Positions 12,361 through 26,937 of a stretch of 64,000 bases of DNA are shown one piece after another. The translations under genes were made by a program, and so were the position numbers. The notes under the pieces are model-generated. The model did not search any database. It saw nothing but the letters and a program-made list of their open reading frames with translations, and had not been told where the DNA came from. Where the stretch lies: contig OZ024741.1 of NCBI GenBank assembly GCA_964016885.1, forward strand, positions 49,228,001 to 49,292,000, in the 5' to 3' direction. How positions within the stretch are numbered: the first letter of the stretch is position 1; the number at the start of each line of letters is the position of its first letter. The DNA is from Eledone cirrhosa. Lineage: Eukaryota.

Positions 12361-13632
12361 ACAGCTACTTATAACGCATGAATTAGAAACTAACAAAAAA
12401 AATAACTAAAAAGAAAACAAGATAGATAACAACAACAACGATAATAACAATAATATAACAACAACAACAACAACAACGATAATAACAATAATAACAACAA
12501 TAACAATAATATTAATAATACATAGAAAATACTAGAAGTAGATCAGATGCCAATCAGTGCATACTTTAGCGACGATGTCTTTGTACTGGAAACTTCTTAG
12601 CATCGTCTACTAACCAGAAGTTTCTACCAAACTTCAGAGATACTCAGCTTTTTTACTTTATTTATTTATTTATTTTTTATTCTATTATTTATTTTAATTT
12701 TATTTTATTTTTATTATTCTATTATTTATTTTTTGCTATTTTATTTATTTATGTTTTTAATTATTTTTATTATTCTATTATTTATTTTTTGCTATTTTAT
12801 TTATTTTTTATTTTTTATTTTATTTTATTTCTATTATTTTATTATTTTATTATTTATTATCTTTAATTCTGTTGTGTCATCTAAAGAAGGAAAAAACACA
12901 ACACAGAGAAGAAAAAAAAAACGAAAGTCAAATAAAAGTAAAAAACAAAACAAATGAAAAAACAAAACAAAGAAAAAAAAACAAATGAAAAAAAGCAATA
13001 AAGCAAAAACAAACATTTAATTTGAAGAATAGATAAAAAAAAGAGAAACAATTAAACAAACATACATACAACCAAACAAACAAATAAATAAAAATAAAAA
13101 CCAAATATAATGTAAAAAAAGACCACTGAACTTAGCTATTTATTTTCTCTACCCCATGACCGTTCTGTGGGTCATATTAGTTCATTTTAAACATCTGGTT
13201 GTGTTGGGATGTTTTTAACGGGATGTCCAACTTGAAACTCTTCTTTCCTGTTGTTGGTTATGATGAATTCACAGATAAGATTATTTAGAGAACAACACCA
13301 ACAAAAAAACAACAACAACAACACCAAAACAACCCCCAAACCCCCAGAAAAAATAAAACTACAAAAACGAAAACGACATAAATTGAACTTTATAACACAC
13401 CGACCCACTCATTCACCCTCTCCCAATGCAATGTCCACCAACCTCACCACCATCACCACCATCTTATTCTTCCCTACACATCAACGAATGTATATACATC
13501 TGTCCTGCGGTATTCGTCATCCGTCTTTTTGTTTTGTTTTTACCCGCTTCTCCCATCTGTTGCTCAAAACTGCAGCCCCCCAAACATCGATGCGTTAAAC
13601 ATGTGTTTATATATATATATATATGCATATAT

Positions 13633-13666
<34 letters not shown>

Positions 13667-13672
<6 letters not shown>

Positions 13673-14568
13673 TATGAAGAGAGAAGAAACATTTAGATAT
13701 AATTAGTAATAAAATGTATCATACCTAAACTGTTCCTAAATTCCTCGACTACGTAGTTTCGTGGCATAAACAAAAACAATATATCAAAGATATAGAGTCC
13801 TTGCGAGGTCTGCCGACTTATCAAGAGGATACCTCATTTTACTAGTCTCAAGAACGCGTCTACACGACGTGAGAAAGAATCCCAAAAGGCGGAGGGGGAG
13901 ATAGTCACGCGATATAACGGTCGAGAAACAGAGCTAAGCCTCTTATATGTGTGTGTCCGCATGTATCTGTGTGTTTCTAAATATATTAATAACTCCCTCT
14001 GGTCGAGCAATCTTTGAAGTGTGGGGACAACTGGAAAGCTTCTATTACTCATACTTCTCGCCTTCTTCACTACCTCTTCTACGGCCTCGATATGAATACC
14101 CCCTCCGCCTCCGTGGTATTTTCTTCGTGGTTATAAGAGGCTTAGCTCTGTTTCTCGACCGTTATATCGCGTGACTATCTCCCCCTCCGCCTTTTGGGAT
14201 TCTTTCTCACGTCGTGTAGACGCGTTCTTGAGACTAGTAAAATGAGGTATCCTCTTGATAAGTCGGCAGACCTCGCAAGGACTCTATATCTTTGATATAT
14301 TGTTTTTGTTTATGCCACGAAACTACGTAGTCGAGGAATTTAGGAACAGTTTAGGTATGATACATTTTATTACTAATTATATCTAAATGTTTCTTCTCTC
14401 TTCATAATGTATTTTTAACTCTGATACTGGTTCAGTCTGGTTCAAACTGAATTGGTCTGTCCCAGTCATTCATTGAGCAACATCGGTGAAGTTGGCACCC
14501 TTAACTCACGGTTGGGTGCGGATGCATTCATGTATATATGTGTGTGTCCGCATGTATCTGTGTGTTTC

Positions 14569-14578
<10 letters not shown>
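13667..14578. mobile_element. Short non-coding PLE-like element: ~280-bp inverted repeat, ~40-bp direct repeat, two U3A8 hammerheads
   Basis: Arms 13667-13947 and 14132-14412 appear identical. The direct repeat is 13945-13987 / 14537-14578. Both ends abut (TA)n. Confidence 0.8.
14250..14337 (+). ncRNA. Type I hammerhead motif with U3-A8 core and branched stem II
   Basis: TCCTC-TTGATAA-GT(C)GGCA...TGCCAC-GAAA-CTACGTAG-T-C-GAGGA, with a GUC cleavage triplet. The mirror copy is at 13742-13829(-). Confidence 0.7.
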
Positions 14579-14620
<42 letters not shown>

Positions 14621-14650
14621 GAATATAAAATGAAAGTGCTATATATATAT

Positions 14651-15113
14651 ATATTGTTATACTTGGGGAGGGTCATATTTGTGTAATAATATTGCCAGAA
14701 TTAATAACAGAACACACTCACTGTTTGGTTGGTTTTCGCTTCTGTGTCTTTTATATTGGTTAATTTAATTTATTCCGGCCTCAATGTTACCATTGACTGA
14801 CCAACAGTCAAAAATACAGATACAATATAGACACAAACACATATATATAGTCTAACAGACTATATATATGTTAGACTATATCTGTTTGTGTCTATATTGT
14901 ATCTGTATTTTTTACCGTTGGTCAGTCAATGGTAACATTGAGGACGGAATAAATTAAATTAACCAATATAAAAGACACAGAAGCGAAAACCAACCAAACA
15001 GTGAGTGTGTTCTGGCAATATTATTACACAAATATGACCCTCCCCAAGTATAACAATATTTGTTTCGACACACGATTTCATATCAAAAACCTCGCAAAAC
15101 TAATTCATCGCCG

Positions 15114-15116
<3 letters not shown>
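14651..15116. mobile_element. Fold-back fragment of a (TA)n-embedded element family
   Basis: Arms are 14651-14857 and 14869-15059. It is homologous to 63280-63480 and shares the terminus TGACCCTCCCMAAGTATAACAATAT with 47511-47765 and 60676-61168. Confidence 0.8.
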
Positions 15117-15156
<40 letters not shown>

Positions 15157-15662
15157 ATACAATAACAGAGATAGCTTTAAGCTAAACTCTGACTGGCTAC
15201 CATCTCACTCAACAAACATTAGGATATACTTTAGTATAATCCCAATTTTGTGTTTGGGGTGCTAACTTTATGTATTTTGTGGAAAGCCAGTTGTATTATT
15301 TTATATGAGATATAATTAAAATTCAAATATATCTCTCTTTCCAAACAATTGTTTCATTATAAGTTTTCTACAAGTTGGGAGAATGTATCCGGTTTATGTA
15401 GAAGCCTACATAATTTTCTGTAAGAACATATGTAGGTGGGTACTTATAAATCATCAGTGGATGCCCTTCAAACTTTGATATAAGAAAAAATTTCTTACCG
15501 CAGTTATTTTTCGTGTCAGCTAAGTCGTCCCCTCACGCATCATAATGACCGCCAAATTTGAAATTCCAGCAGTCTTAGACTGAGGAATTTCACAGCGTCA
15601 CGAAGCGGAAAAGGGAGGCAATCGCGAAACACAAGAAAGTAAAATAATATACATGTGGGTTA

Positions 15663-15803
<141 letters not shown>

Positions 15804-16286
15804 GATTCCACAACATATATGTGTGTATGTATACGAAGCATTGGGACATTTTTAACAGCCATGTTATTAAAATCGGCTTTTCCTGTGTCAGAAACGTTAA
15901 TACCCATCAGCTCCTGCAATCTCGGCTGCTCATAAAATAAAAACAAAAACAAAACCTAACAAAAAACACAAAAACAAAACAAAAACAGAGGCTATACGAA
16001 GCTGGGGTCATCTCGACCCAGCCAGACCAGAAGCAGGGTTAGAACCTATATTGAAATATCGGAAAGTCGATTTAAAACCTGCTTCCTAAACTACGAGATG
16101 ACCTTTAATATACTGAAAAGGTTACACAACTCCAACAACTGTCTGAACTCGAAGGCAGATTTTTTCAATTGCTGCCTCCACACTCACAAATTTATTTTAA
16201 TAAGCTGGAATATTCTACCTTCGCTTCGTCCCAATGAGTGGCATCCTGGGAGAATGACATTTATCATAGCCACATGTCGACCTACG

Positions 16287-16490
16287 CCATGTGAGTGAAA
16301 TTGGGCAGACAGAAACTGTTTGGAAGCCCGTCGGATGGATTGTACATGAAATTGAAAGGGACGGCCCAGTCACACACTGTCATGCTGAATCTGCTTGAGA
16401 ACTACTTTAAGTGTACAGGTGTCTGTGGAATGCTCAGCCACTACACGTTAATTTCATGAGAAGGATGTTCCGTTGATCGAGAAACCGGGT
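16287..16490 (+). mobile_element. Fragment of a second interspersed repeat (SINE-like)
   Basis: Shares blocks (GGCAGA..GAAAC, GCTGAATCT, GTGTCTGTGGAATGC) with the reverse complement of ~61915-62125. Confidence 0.5.
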
Positions 16491-16643
16491 TTATTGTTGA
16501 ATCCGACGAAGGTTCTTTCCATTCCATTCCGTGCTTGTACGTGTGCGTGTGTGCGCGCGCGCGCGCGTGTAGGTGTGAGTGTGCACGCGCATATGGTATG
16601 CGTATATGTGTATATATTTGTGTGTATGCGTTTGTGTGTATAA

Positions 16644-16703
<60 letters not shown>

Positions 16704-16996
16704 ATGTAGTGTGTGTGTGTCAGTTGAGAAAAATATCAGAATGGAACATAAGGTGTCAATTAGAACGCCCAGCTTGTCGTTCAAGTGTGACCACAGAGTT
16801 ACACAGTTTCGCAACTGTTAGAGAGAGAGAGAGAAACAAAGTCAACACAACGAGCATAAGGAAGATCAACAATTTAGTCAATTTTAAAAAGCAAAACAAA
16901 ACAAAACATTCAATACAACCTGGTTTATTTCGTCCGGTTTTCTAGTTCAAAGTTGTTTTTTTCCGTAAAATCTCATACACACAGACACACACGCGC

Positions 16997-17081
<85 letters not shown>

Positions 17082-18175
17082 AACTTATTTCTAGTCTCGA
17101 AACTCCTGTGCTCACCTACTACAAAAACTAACCTTATCATCCCCTCCACAACCAGGTGGAAAATGATATATATATATATATGTATGTGTCTGTTTGTGTG
17201 TGTGTGTGTGTGTGTATACACACACATGTATATATACTGTTTATTAGGTGATTCAGTAGATTTGTGGTTTACCGAGGAAGGTACCAATATCACCACTCTA
17301 TGCTATAGTAGAGTATATACGTTAAGAAAAATAAAACGAGGTTTCACATTGAGGTTTTTATTGATGAGGCTCAGTTACAAACATTTCTCAGGTGGGTGGC
17401 TCAAGAGTCGGGTCTATAACACTAATATTGATCCAGAGCCATTCGTCTGTGAAACGTCCGTAATTGAGCCTAATAAAAAAAAACCTCAATGTAAAACCTC
17501 TTTTTGTTTTTCTTGAAATAAATTATGTATGCATATATGGGTCCTTAAATTCTGAGGGTGTCGTAGGGGGCCGAAGTGATACATGGCGTGTCTTGGGCTT
17601 TTACACCTGGCGGAGCCCAACTCTCTTCAGGTTTGAACACAACCGTAAAATTTCTTCCGTAAAATTAAAGATAAAGAGAGAAAGGAAGCGAGAAAAAGAT
17701 ATAGAGCACCGAACTAAAACTTTATTTATCGACCTCAAAAGAATGAAAGCAAATTTAACCTGGGCGAGATTTGAACTCGAAGCGCAGAGAGCTGGAACGA
17801 ATATCATAAAGCGTTCTATCTAGCGTTCCAATGATTCGGCTAAATGGTCGTCTTGTATTAGAAATTATCCTTGTGTTAATAAAATTCATCCCGAGGAAGA
17901 CGGGTTGGAATGGCAAAAATGGGTAAAGATTCGGACAAAACCTTCTGCAAAATTTAATTACTTCCTTTCATGATCTGAATACGGCCATGATAGTTTTTAT
18001 CTTTCCTTCTTTCTTCCGGAGTTGATAAAATACTTACCAATCACGTAGTAGACTGCTTTCAATCTTTTATGTCCTCTCCTACTAATTATATGGCAGAAGC
18101 CAATGTACTTTATAATTATATTTATGAATATAAAGGTCAAAGTTGGCAGGTGGAATGACTTGAGTTTTGTTCTAA

Positions 18176-21000
18176 GTGTAGATACCACTTAGAACCCAGG
18201 GTAGATAACACTTAGAATCCAGGGTAGATAGCACTTAGAACCCAAGGTAGATACCACTTAGAACCAAGTGTAGATAACACTTAGAACCCAGGGTAGATAA
18301 CACTTAGAACCCAGGGTAGATAACACTTAGAACCCAGTGTAGATACCACTTAGAACCCAGGGTAGATAACACTTAGAACCCAGTGTAGATACCACTTAGA
18401 ACCCAGTGTAGATAACACTTAGAACCCAGTGTAGATACCACTTAGAACCCAGTGTAGATAACACTTAGAACCCAGTGTAGATACCACTTAGAACCCAGTG
18501 TAGATAACACTTAGAACCCAGTGTAGATACCACTTAGAACCCAGTGTAGATAACACTTAGAACCCAGTGTAGATACCACTTAGAACCCAGTGTAGATAAC
18601 ACTTAGAACCCAGTGTAGATACCACTTAGAACCCAGGGTAGATAACACTTAGAACCCAGTGTAGATACCACTTAGAACCCAGTGTAGATAACACTTAGAA
18701 TGCAGGGTAGGGTAGATAACACTTAGAACCCAGTGTAGATACCACTTAGAATTCAGTGTAGATATTACTTAGAACCCAGTGTAAATAACACTTAGAATTC
18801 AGTATAGATATTATTAGAACCCAGTGTAGATAACACTTAGAACCCAGTGTAGATAACACTTAGAACCCAGTGTAGATACCACTTAGGACCCAGTGTAGAT
18901 AACACTTAGAACCCAGGGTAAATAACACTTAGAACCCAGTGTAGATAACGCTTAGAACCCAGTGTAGATAACACTTAGAACTCAGGGTAGATAACACTTA
19001 AAACCCAGTGTAGATAACACTTAGAACTCAGGGTAGATATTACTTAGAACCCAGTGTAGATAACGCTTAAAACCCAGTGTAGATAACACTTAGAACTCAG
19101 GGTAGATATTACTTAGAACCCAGTGTAGATACCACTTAGAACCCATGGTAGATAACACTTACAACCCAGGGTAGATAACACTTAGAAACCAGTGTAGATA
19201 ACACTTAGAACCCAGTGTAGATACCACTTAGAATTCAGTGTAGATATTACTTAGAACCCAGTGCAAATAACACTTAGAATTCAGTGTAGATATTACTTAG
19301 AACCCAGTGTAGATAACACTTAGAACCCCGGGTAAATAACACTTAGAACCCAGGGTAGATATTACTTAGAACCCATTGTAGAAAACAGTTAGAACCCAGT
19401 GTAGATAACACTTAGAATCCAGGGTAGATAACACTTAGAACCCAGTGTAGATACCACTTAGAACCCAGTGTAGATAACACTTAGAATCCAGGGTAGATAA
19501 CACTTACAACCCAAGGTAGATAACATTTAGAACCCAGTGTAGATAACACTTAGAACCCCGGGTAAATAACGCTTAGAACCCAGGGTAGATAACACTTAGA
19601 ACCCAGGGTAGATATTACTTAGAACCCAGGGTAGATAACACTTAGAACCCAGGGTAGATATTACTTAGAACCCAGTGTAGATAACACAAAGAACCCAGGG
19701 TAGATATTACTTAGAACCCAGGGTAGATATTACTTAGAACCCAGTGTAGATAACACTTAGAACCCAGTGTAGATATTACTTAGAACCCAGTGTAGATATT
19801 ACTTAGAACCCAGTGTAGATAACACTTAGAACCCAGTGTAGATATTACTTAGAACCCAGTGTAGATATTACTTAGAACCCAGTGTAGATAACACTTAGAA
19901 CTCAGGGTAGATAACACTTAAAACCCAGTGTAGATAACACTTAGAACTCAGGGTAGATATTACTTAGAACCCAGTGTAGATAACGCTTAAAACCCAGTGT
20001 AGATAACACTTAGAACTCAGGGTAGATATTACTTAGAACCCAGTGTAGATACCACTTAGAACCCATGGTAGATAACACTTACAACCCAGGGTAGATAACA
20101 CTTAGAAACCAGTGTAGATAACACTTAGAACCCAGTGTAGATACCACTTAGAATTCAGTGTAGATATTACTTAGAACCCAGTGCAAATAACACTTAGAAT
20201 TCAGTGTAGATATTACTTAGAACCCAGTGTAGATAACACTTAGAACCCCGGGTAAATAACACTTAGAACCCAGGGTAGATATTACTTAGAACCCATTGTA
20301 GAAAACAGTTAGAACCCAGTGTAGATAACACTTAGAATCCAGGGTAGATAACACTTAGAACCCAGTGTAGATACCACTTAGAACCCAGTGTAGATAACAC
20401 TTAGAATCCAGGGTAGATAACACTTACAACCCAAGGTAGATAACATTTAGAACCCAGTGTAGATAACACTTAGAACCCCGGGTAAATAACGCTTAGAACC
20501 CAGGGTAGATAACACTTAGAACCCAGGGTAGATATTACTTAGAACCCAGGGTAGATAACACTTAGAACCCAGGGTAGATATTACTTAGAACCCAGTGTAG
20601 ATAACACAAAGAACCCAGGGTAGATATTACTTAGAACCCAGGGTAGATATTACTTAGAACCCAGTGTAGATAACACTTAGAACCCAGTGTAGATATTACT
20701 TAGAACCCAGTGTAGATATTACTTAGAACCCAGTGTAGATAACACTTAGAACCCAGTGTAGATATTACTTAGAACCCAGTGTAGATATTACTTAGAACCC
20801 AGTGTAGATATTACTTAGAACCCAGTGTAGATATTACTTAGAACCCAGGGTAGATATTACTTAGAACCAAGGGTAGATAACACTTAGAACCCAGTGTAGA
20901 TATTACTTAGAACCCAGTGTAGATATTACTTAGAACCCAGTGTAGATATTACTTAGAACCAAGGGTAGATAACACTTAGAACCCAGTGTAGATAACACAA
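18176..21000. repeat. 23-bp satellite, ~120 units, with a 920-bp higher-order duplication
   Basis: The unit is TAGATAACACTTAGAACCCAGTG. Diagnostic variants recur exactly 920 bp apart (18961/19881 and 19381/20301). Confidence 0.95.
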
Positions 21001-21640
21001 GTCTCAGTGTAGCAATGAATACACTAAGATCAATTTAGTCGACTTATATTCCAAACACCTATATAAATTGCCGTTACACTTGTAAATTAGCAGAAGGGTT
21101 AGACTATTGCTGTAAATCGGTCTGGGTCAAGAAAGCCAAAGAGCGGCCCTTGAATAACTGATGCTCCCTACCTGTTAAAACCCTCCCCAGTACTCTTGAT
21201 GTTTGAGGCTATTGCACCACCCCTAGCCCCGGGTCTCGAAAGCAATCTTGTTCTACATTGCAAAGACCCTGTTGGAGGCCCTGGTGGTATAAGACGAGAG
21301 GGTAAAGCAGCAGAATGGATAATCTACTTCAATGTTTCATCGTGTTCAAGTTCAAATTTCGATAACGGCCAACTTTTCATCCTTTAATTACTGCTGAAAT
21401 ACATACCAGTAATATACTACTAAAGAACAATGGGATATATTCCTTGGCGAATAAGGGTGATGGACCAACAGAAATTAGGGTGTAAACTTCTGGAAAATGT
21501 AACTAAATACTGCATTGCTGTGTGTACTGTTAATCGATTTGCCTATCCTTTGGGGACGATGAAATATATTAGCAATTATATTCTTAATTTGATCAATTAT
21601 AGTGTTTCTTTTAAACTGTGTTCTTATAAGAATATATTCA

Positions 21641-21833
21641 CAAACCTACCGACCTCTAAAAACCCATACGGGGAGTACAATGAAAAAAAAGAGTCCCAAC
21701 GGGGAGAAATGAGGCAGAATGGGAAGATTTTACATAATGAAAGCTATGCCCATTTTCACAAGAAAGACATCTCTCGCCCACCTCAAAGTGGGTGGGACAT
21801 CTCCCCGCCAGACGCGGAGAGTTGACAGGTCTG
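21641..21833. mobile_element. MITE with 13-bp TIRs and a 6-bp TSD (4 copies)
   Basis: The TIR consensus is CAGACCTGCCAAC/GTTGACAGGTCTG and the TSD here is TATTCA/TATTCA. Other copies: 26273-26469, 27531-27691 and 50263-50416. Confidence 0.85.
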
Positions 21834-23899
21834 TATTCAGGTTGACAATACTAAAGTCGTGAAAGACATGCTTTTTTTAGGGAGTTTTACTCTTCTGCGT
21901 TCAAAACCACGAAGGAAGATTTCGACCCCCCCCCCCCCCCCCCCAAAAAAAAAATGTTTACTCTAAATTCTTTAATCCTAAGACAGACATACGCTGTGTC
22001 GGTATATATCTTAAATACTAATAGAATTCCTGAGAATTAACGAACAGGAATAGCAGTTGCATGTATTATGAAAGATGAACCAGGATACAAAGAGAGGAAC
22101 TGAAGAAAATGAGTTTTATTTATCTTACTTCATGTCATTAAATAATTCAACTCTCGTATTTTGTTTAGTTTTTAGCCTACTTCAACAACCATATTAAAGC
22201 ATTTTTTTCTCTCTTTTCCTGAGCAGAGTGGTGAATTGTAGTGGTGACGAGAGACACCCAGTGAGTGATGTAGTGGATAAGAACAGATAATTAAAACTAT
22301 TAACCAAGTGACATTTTAAATGTCAACATTTTAAAGGAAAAGGAGGAAGTTATATTTTTATTTCTTGCTCAATTTATTTCTTTGAAATATCTTTCTTCAG
22401 AGTCAATATACTATCGTTGACTTCCGGTTTAGATTCCCGGTTGAAGCTATTTCACTTCAGAAATGTCTCAAGAATCTTTTGATGAGCCACGAACGTCACA
22501 TATTTGAAATCTGGAGCTAGTATAGTAAGTCCCCACATTTCGAACTTCCGCAGATACGAACTGTCTCACGAAGAAAAAAAACATTTGTCTGTGTTTGAAA
22601 TTCGCGTTTTTGTGAGCTCTTTCGGGCCCTGGGTTTCTCCTTTTTCAGCATAAAAAAGGGTTCCTTCTTTTGCAGCATAAAAACACGCTGAAATCGTATC
22701 TACGGTGTGGGATACCATTCTGTTTTCGCAGAATTGAAAAAGTAAAAAAGTATATTTTTTTCCTTAACAATTCATTGTCATATTAGCTTTACAGTATTTA
22801 AATTCATTTATATATACTTCTATATACTGTGTGTGTGTATGTGTGTGTGTGTGTGTGTATATATATCACCCATATGGAAACCTGCAATATCAATGTAACA
22901 TATATAGGCTTACAGGTACGTACTGTGTTAGACGATCAACTTACGAACAAATCCATTAACGAACTCGTTCGTAAGTTGGGGTCTTACTGTAATAATTGTT
23001 TCTACTTTTGGCACAAGGCCAGCAATTATCCCAGTGTATTACTGGTACTTTATTTAATCGACCTCGTAAGGATGAAAGGCAAAGTTAACCTCGGCGGGAT
23101 TTGAACTCAGAATGGCAAACTGTAATAATGTTTGATGCGTTATTTCTGACGGAATTGTCACATGAATAAATATATAAGCGTATGATTAGGAATTATTATT
23201 TCTTTCCTACGGGGTCGATAAAATAAAGTACCAGTAATGCACTGGGTAATTGCTGGCCTTGTGCCTAAAGTAGAAACAATTATTTATTTTTCCTTTATTT
23301 AGCATTTAAGGCGGTGGATTGGCAGTATCAGTAGAGGGTCGGGCACCATGCTTTGACGCTTAGAGTTACGGCCCTTGCCATTCTGAGTTCAAATCCCGCC
23401 GATATTAACTTTGCCTTTCATCCTTATGGGGTCGATAAAATAAAGTAGCCTGGGTTATAATATACGATAAAATAAAGAGCCTGGGTTATAATATACTACT
23501 AATTATTATTATTACTTTGTTGTTGTTGAGCTTTGTATTTTTGTTTAGGTGAGCCTAGATCGAGCAGACCAAATTATTGAAAGCATTCTCAGTCGTGACC
23601 ATTCCACAATTTTAGATTTATGTAGGATTATATTTTCAAATGTGCTATTTCATTATTTAAGGCAGTAGGTTGAGATTTGAGGAAGATTTGGCTACTATTT
23701 CTAGCAGGTTTATTGACCGCGTGGAAGCTCCATCGTTTGCTCGTCATTATTGTTAGTGTTGATGGTGGTAGTAGTGGCTGTGGCGGTGGGGCTGTTATAT
23801 TGTTGCTATTGTTATTTTTTTGCTATTCTCATTGTTGAACGTATTACATTTGCTATTTCCGAATCAGTGTTTATATATACAAACACATTCACAAATATA

Positions 23900-24243
23900 C
23901 AGTGCACCCCCACCATTCGCGGTCTCTGTTATTAGCGGAATTTTCTTTAGAACTTAATACTTGTTCGCGGAAACCACCGCATATTCGCGAAATCGTGAAT
24001 ATTTTCCGCGATTTTTTAAATAGCTTTTTTGGTGGCAATATATATATATATTTTAACACTAAATTATTAATAACAATATACCGTATTTGCCGGCCTATTG
24101 AACGCCCCTTCGCATAAGATTATATTTTACGTTATATTTTGACGTTTATAGGCATTTTTATGGACCACGTCCAATATTCGCGGTTTTTAATTCTTCGCGG
24201 GTACTCTAGGAACGTAACCCCCACGAATACCAGAGGACAACTG
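23900..24243. mobile_element. pogo/Tigger-like MITE
   Basis: Ends are TA|CAGTGCACCCCCACCATTCGCGG and CCACGAATACCAGAGGACAACTG|TA, giving imperfect TIRs with TA flanks. Confidence 0.65.
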
Positions 24244-26010
24244 TATATATATCTAGTTGCCATTCGTTGTCATGCCATAAAATAACGACCTCGAGTTCCA
24301 TTTCTACTTAGTACAATGTCCTTTTAACTTGAGCGTGTCTTTGGCCATTCTTTGTAGTAATGAATTTTTCCGTTTTGTCTGCTCAGATTTGTGCGTAGTG
24401 ACTGTCCCTCTCATTCTCCTTTTCATTTTTTTCTTCTTCCTTTTCTGTTACCTTTAGTAGTGTGTTTTGTTTTTATTAGATACTGCTCAATTAATGGAAA
24501 ATGATGGTGTCAATGACCTTTCCGAAAAGCAAGCAAAGATATTAGTAGTTTAATAAATGACGTAGGATAGCATCAAACCTATTGCAGACTTATTTTTCGA
24601 AGATTATTAAAATTTATACGATTTGAAACAAACACCAAAATCGCTCCACCCCAGACAAAGTCTAAATGGACTATAAATTTGTATCTTAGATATAGCTCAC
24701 AGCTGTAAATAGCGGACCAGTGTCTTATTAGCCTACAGCTCATCTCAGCGAGATTTTAAGTTCAAATCCCATCGAAGTTAACTTTGCTTTTTATCCTTAT
24801 GAAATTAATAAAATAAAACACCAATGATGCACTGGGGTCGATTTAATCGACTTTCCTCTTCTCTTCAAATTACTGGCCTTGTGCCAAATGTAGAAACAAT
24901 TATTATTAACAGGCACGGTGGATTATCGTATCGGAAGAGCGTCGGACAACATGATTTGCGATATATAGTCACGGCCCTTTATGTTCTGAGTTCAAATCCC
25001 GCCGAGGTTAACTTTACCTTTCATCTTTATGGAGTTGATAAAATAAAACATCAGTAGCTTACTGCTCGATTTAATCGACTTTCCCTCCCCTCACAAAAAC
25101 CATTGCTGGCCTTGTACCTAAATCAGAAACCATTTTTATAGCTTTTGTTTTAGGACTCCTAGGGCCACTTATTTCATGAAAGAGCTGTAATTTATTGACA
25201 CAGCAAAAATAAAGATAGGCAGCTATACATTCACTTTGATATAAGCAGAAACTGTGTGTCACAGAAGCCTTCAATTCCCCTGCTGTCACTTGGGAGAGGC
25301 AACATTCATATGTGTTTCCATCTCTTAATAGACTACAGCCGTTTAAAAGAGGAATAACTCTTTAAATTTGCCCCTGGAGATCTGACAAATTTGAGATCAT
25401 GGCTTCATTTATAATTAGAATGTAATATTGACAACTGATATTCCAACCCAATTGTGGATCGTCAAGAGTGTTTTAATAATTCTTACAAGATAAAACATAT
25501 TACGATGGTGGAATAAATCACTTAAATTATGGCTGTTGAGTTTTGAATTAAAATTCTCGATAAGATTTAAACGTTTTCCATTTTCCCCTGTGGGATAACA
25601 GTAAAGTTTGAGCGGAAACGATACTGAAACAATTGCCACGAGAGCTTCCTTTTTGTTGGTTCCAACCAAGAAATAAATACATGCTCTATTTATGTTGTTG
25701 ATGTTGTTGATGTTGTATATAAACTCGTAGAAAAAAAACAAAAACAAAAAAGCAAACAAACAAAAGCAAACATGCAGAACCAATCAAATTTTATAATTTT
25801 TTAAATTATGTTTTTGTTATTTTTGTTTGTAATGTTCTTTATTTTTATTTTTGGTTTCCTTGGAAACATCGAATGAGGTGTTTCTTCGCGATCTACTGCT
25901 GCCTTTCTTTTTCCAAAGACAATTGATATCAGAAATAACTGGCATACTTCAATCCTGGAACTGTGAACAGTCCAACCACTTGATAATATTCGGTCAATTT
26001 GAATGTTTAA

Positions 26011-26492
26011 CCTTTTTGGTACCAAACCACTTGAAACCAATCTTGGTTCTTCCATACAAAACTATTTGTTATAAAAATCTCCATCTAAAAATCTTCAACT
26101 AAAAATCTTTACCTAAAAATCTTCCACTATAATTTTATGGAAGAAACTTTGTTAAGTTATGTTCCAAACTCCAGCTTAATAATGAGAAAGTTAGATATTT
26201 TACAAATCCAATCAAATTCTTGATTATTTTCAAGATTATTCGAAAATCATTTGCAGAGTCTTTCATTATAAACTGATCTGCCAACCTCTAAAATCACAAA
26301 CAGGGAGTACCATGAAAAAACAGTGCCCCCAAAACTGGGAGAAATGAGGTAAAATGGGGAGATTTTACATAATGAAAGCTATACCCATTTTCACAAGAGA
26401 AGACATCTCTCATCCACCCCAAAGTGGGTGGGAGATATCCCTATCCGACGGGGAGAGTTGACATGTCTATTATAAATATGGTATCAAAAAGG
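26011..26492. mobile_element. piggyBac-like MITE with a nested 6-bp-TSD MITE
   Basis: Ends are TTAA|CCTTTTTGGTACCA and TGGTATCAAAAAGG|TTAA. Confidence 0.75.
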
Positions 26493-26937
26493 TTAAACTA
26501 AGTCTCATTTAGTACCAACAAATGGGGGAAATATTCAGCCACCAAGGGAACCTTTAGGTAGCCCCTCAACGTCCTAGAAATAGTCATAAAACAACCCTCG
26601 AATAAAAAATGGGATAACATCGAATTATGTCCCCGTACCACATCCCTACTCACCTGTATCGGGGTGAAATTAGCCACCCGTAGGAAGTGAACTCCGTGAG
26701 CTGGAATGGCTATTTTAATGCGCCTCCTTCTTTTATCCACCGGGGTAAGATTTTTTCTATTCTGTTCGCTGGGACCAAGTGCCTGTTTGCGCCTGAGGTT
26801 CTGCACGCAAGGGGCCGTTCTCCCACACTGTTTGGGGCTTGAATCTTTGGGGTAGCGATGGCATAGGTTGCTAATATGTACGGCATCTGTCCAAACACAC
26901 GCGCACGTGTACATCTATAGTTATGAAATCCCCGATA

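Noticed and set aside
15410-15462. Further hammerhead candidates here and at ~42947, ~43162 and ~44910
   Set aside because: One core half is present but the stems or the other half could not be placed convincingly, so they were not counted.
22461-22524. Possible host exon (TTTCACTTCAG...GTAAGT)
   Set aside because: Only splice-like signals support it, with no recognisable protein or partner exons. RNA-seq is needed.
26498-26914. 138-aa minus-strand ORF, possibly an L1/Tx1 remnant
   Set aside because: No diagnostic motif could be identified with confidence.
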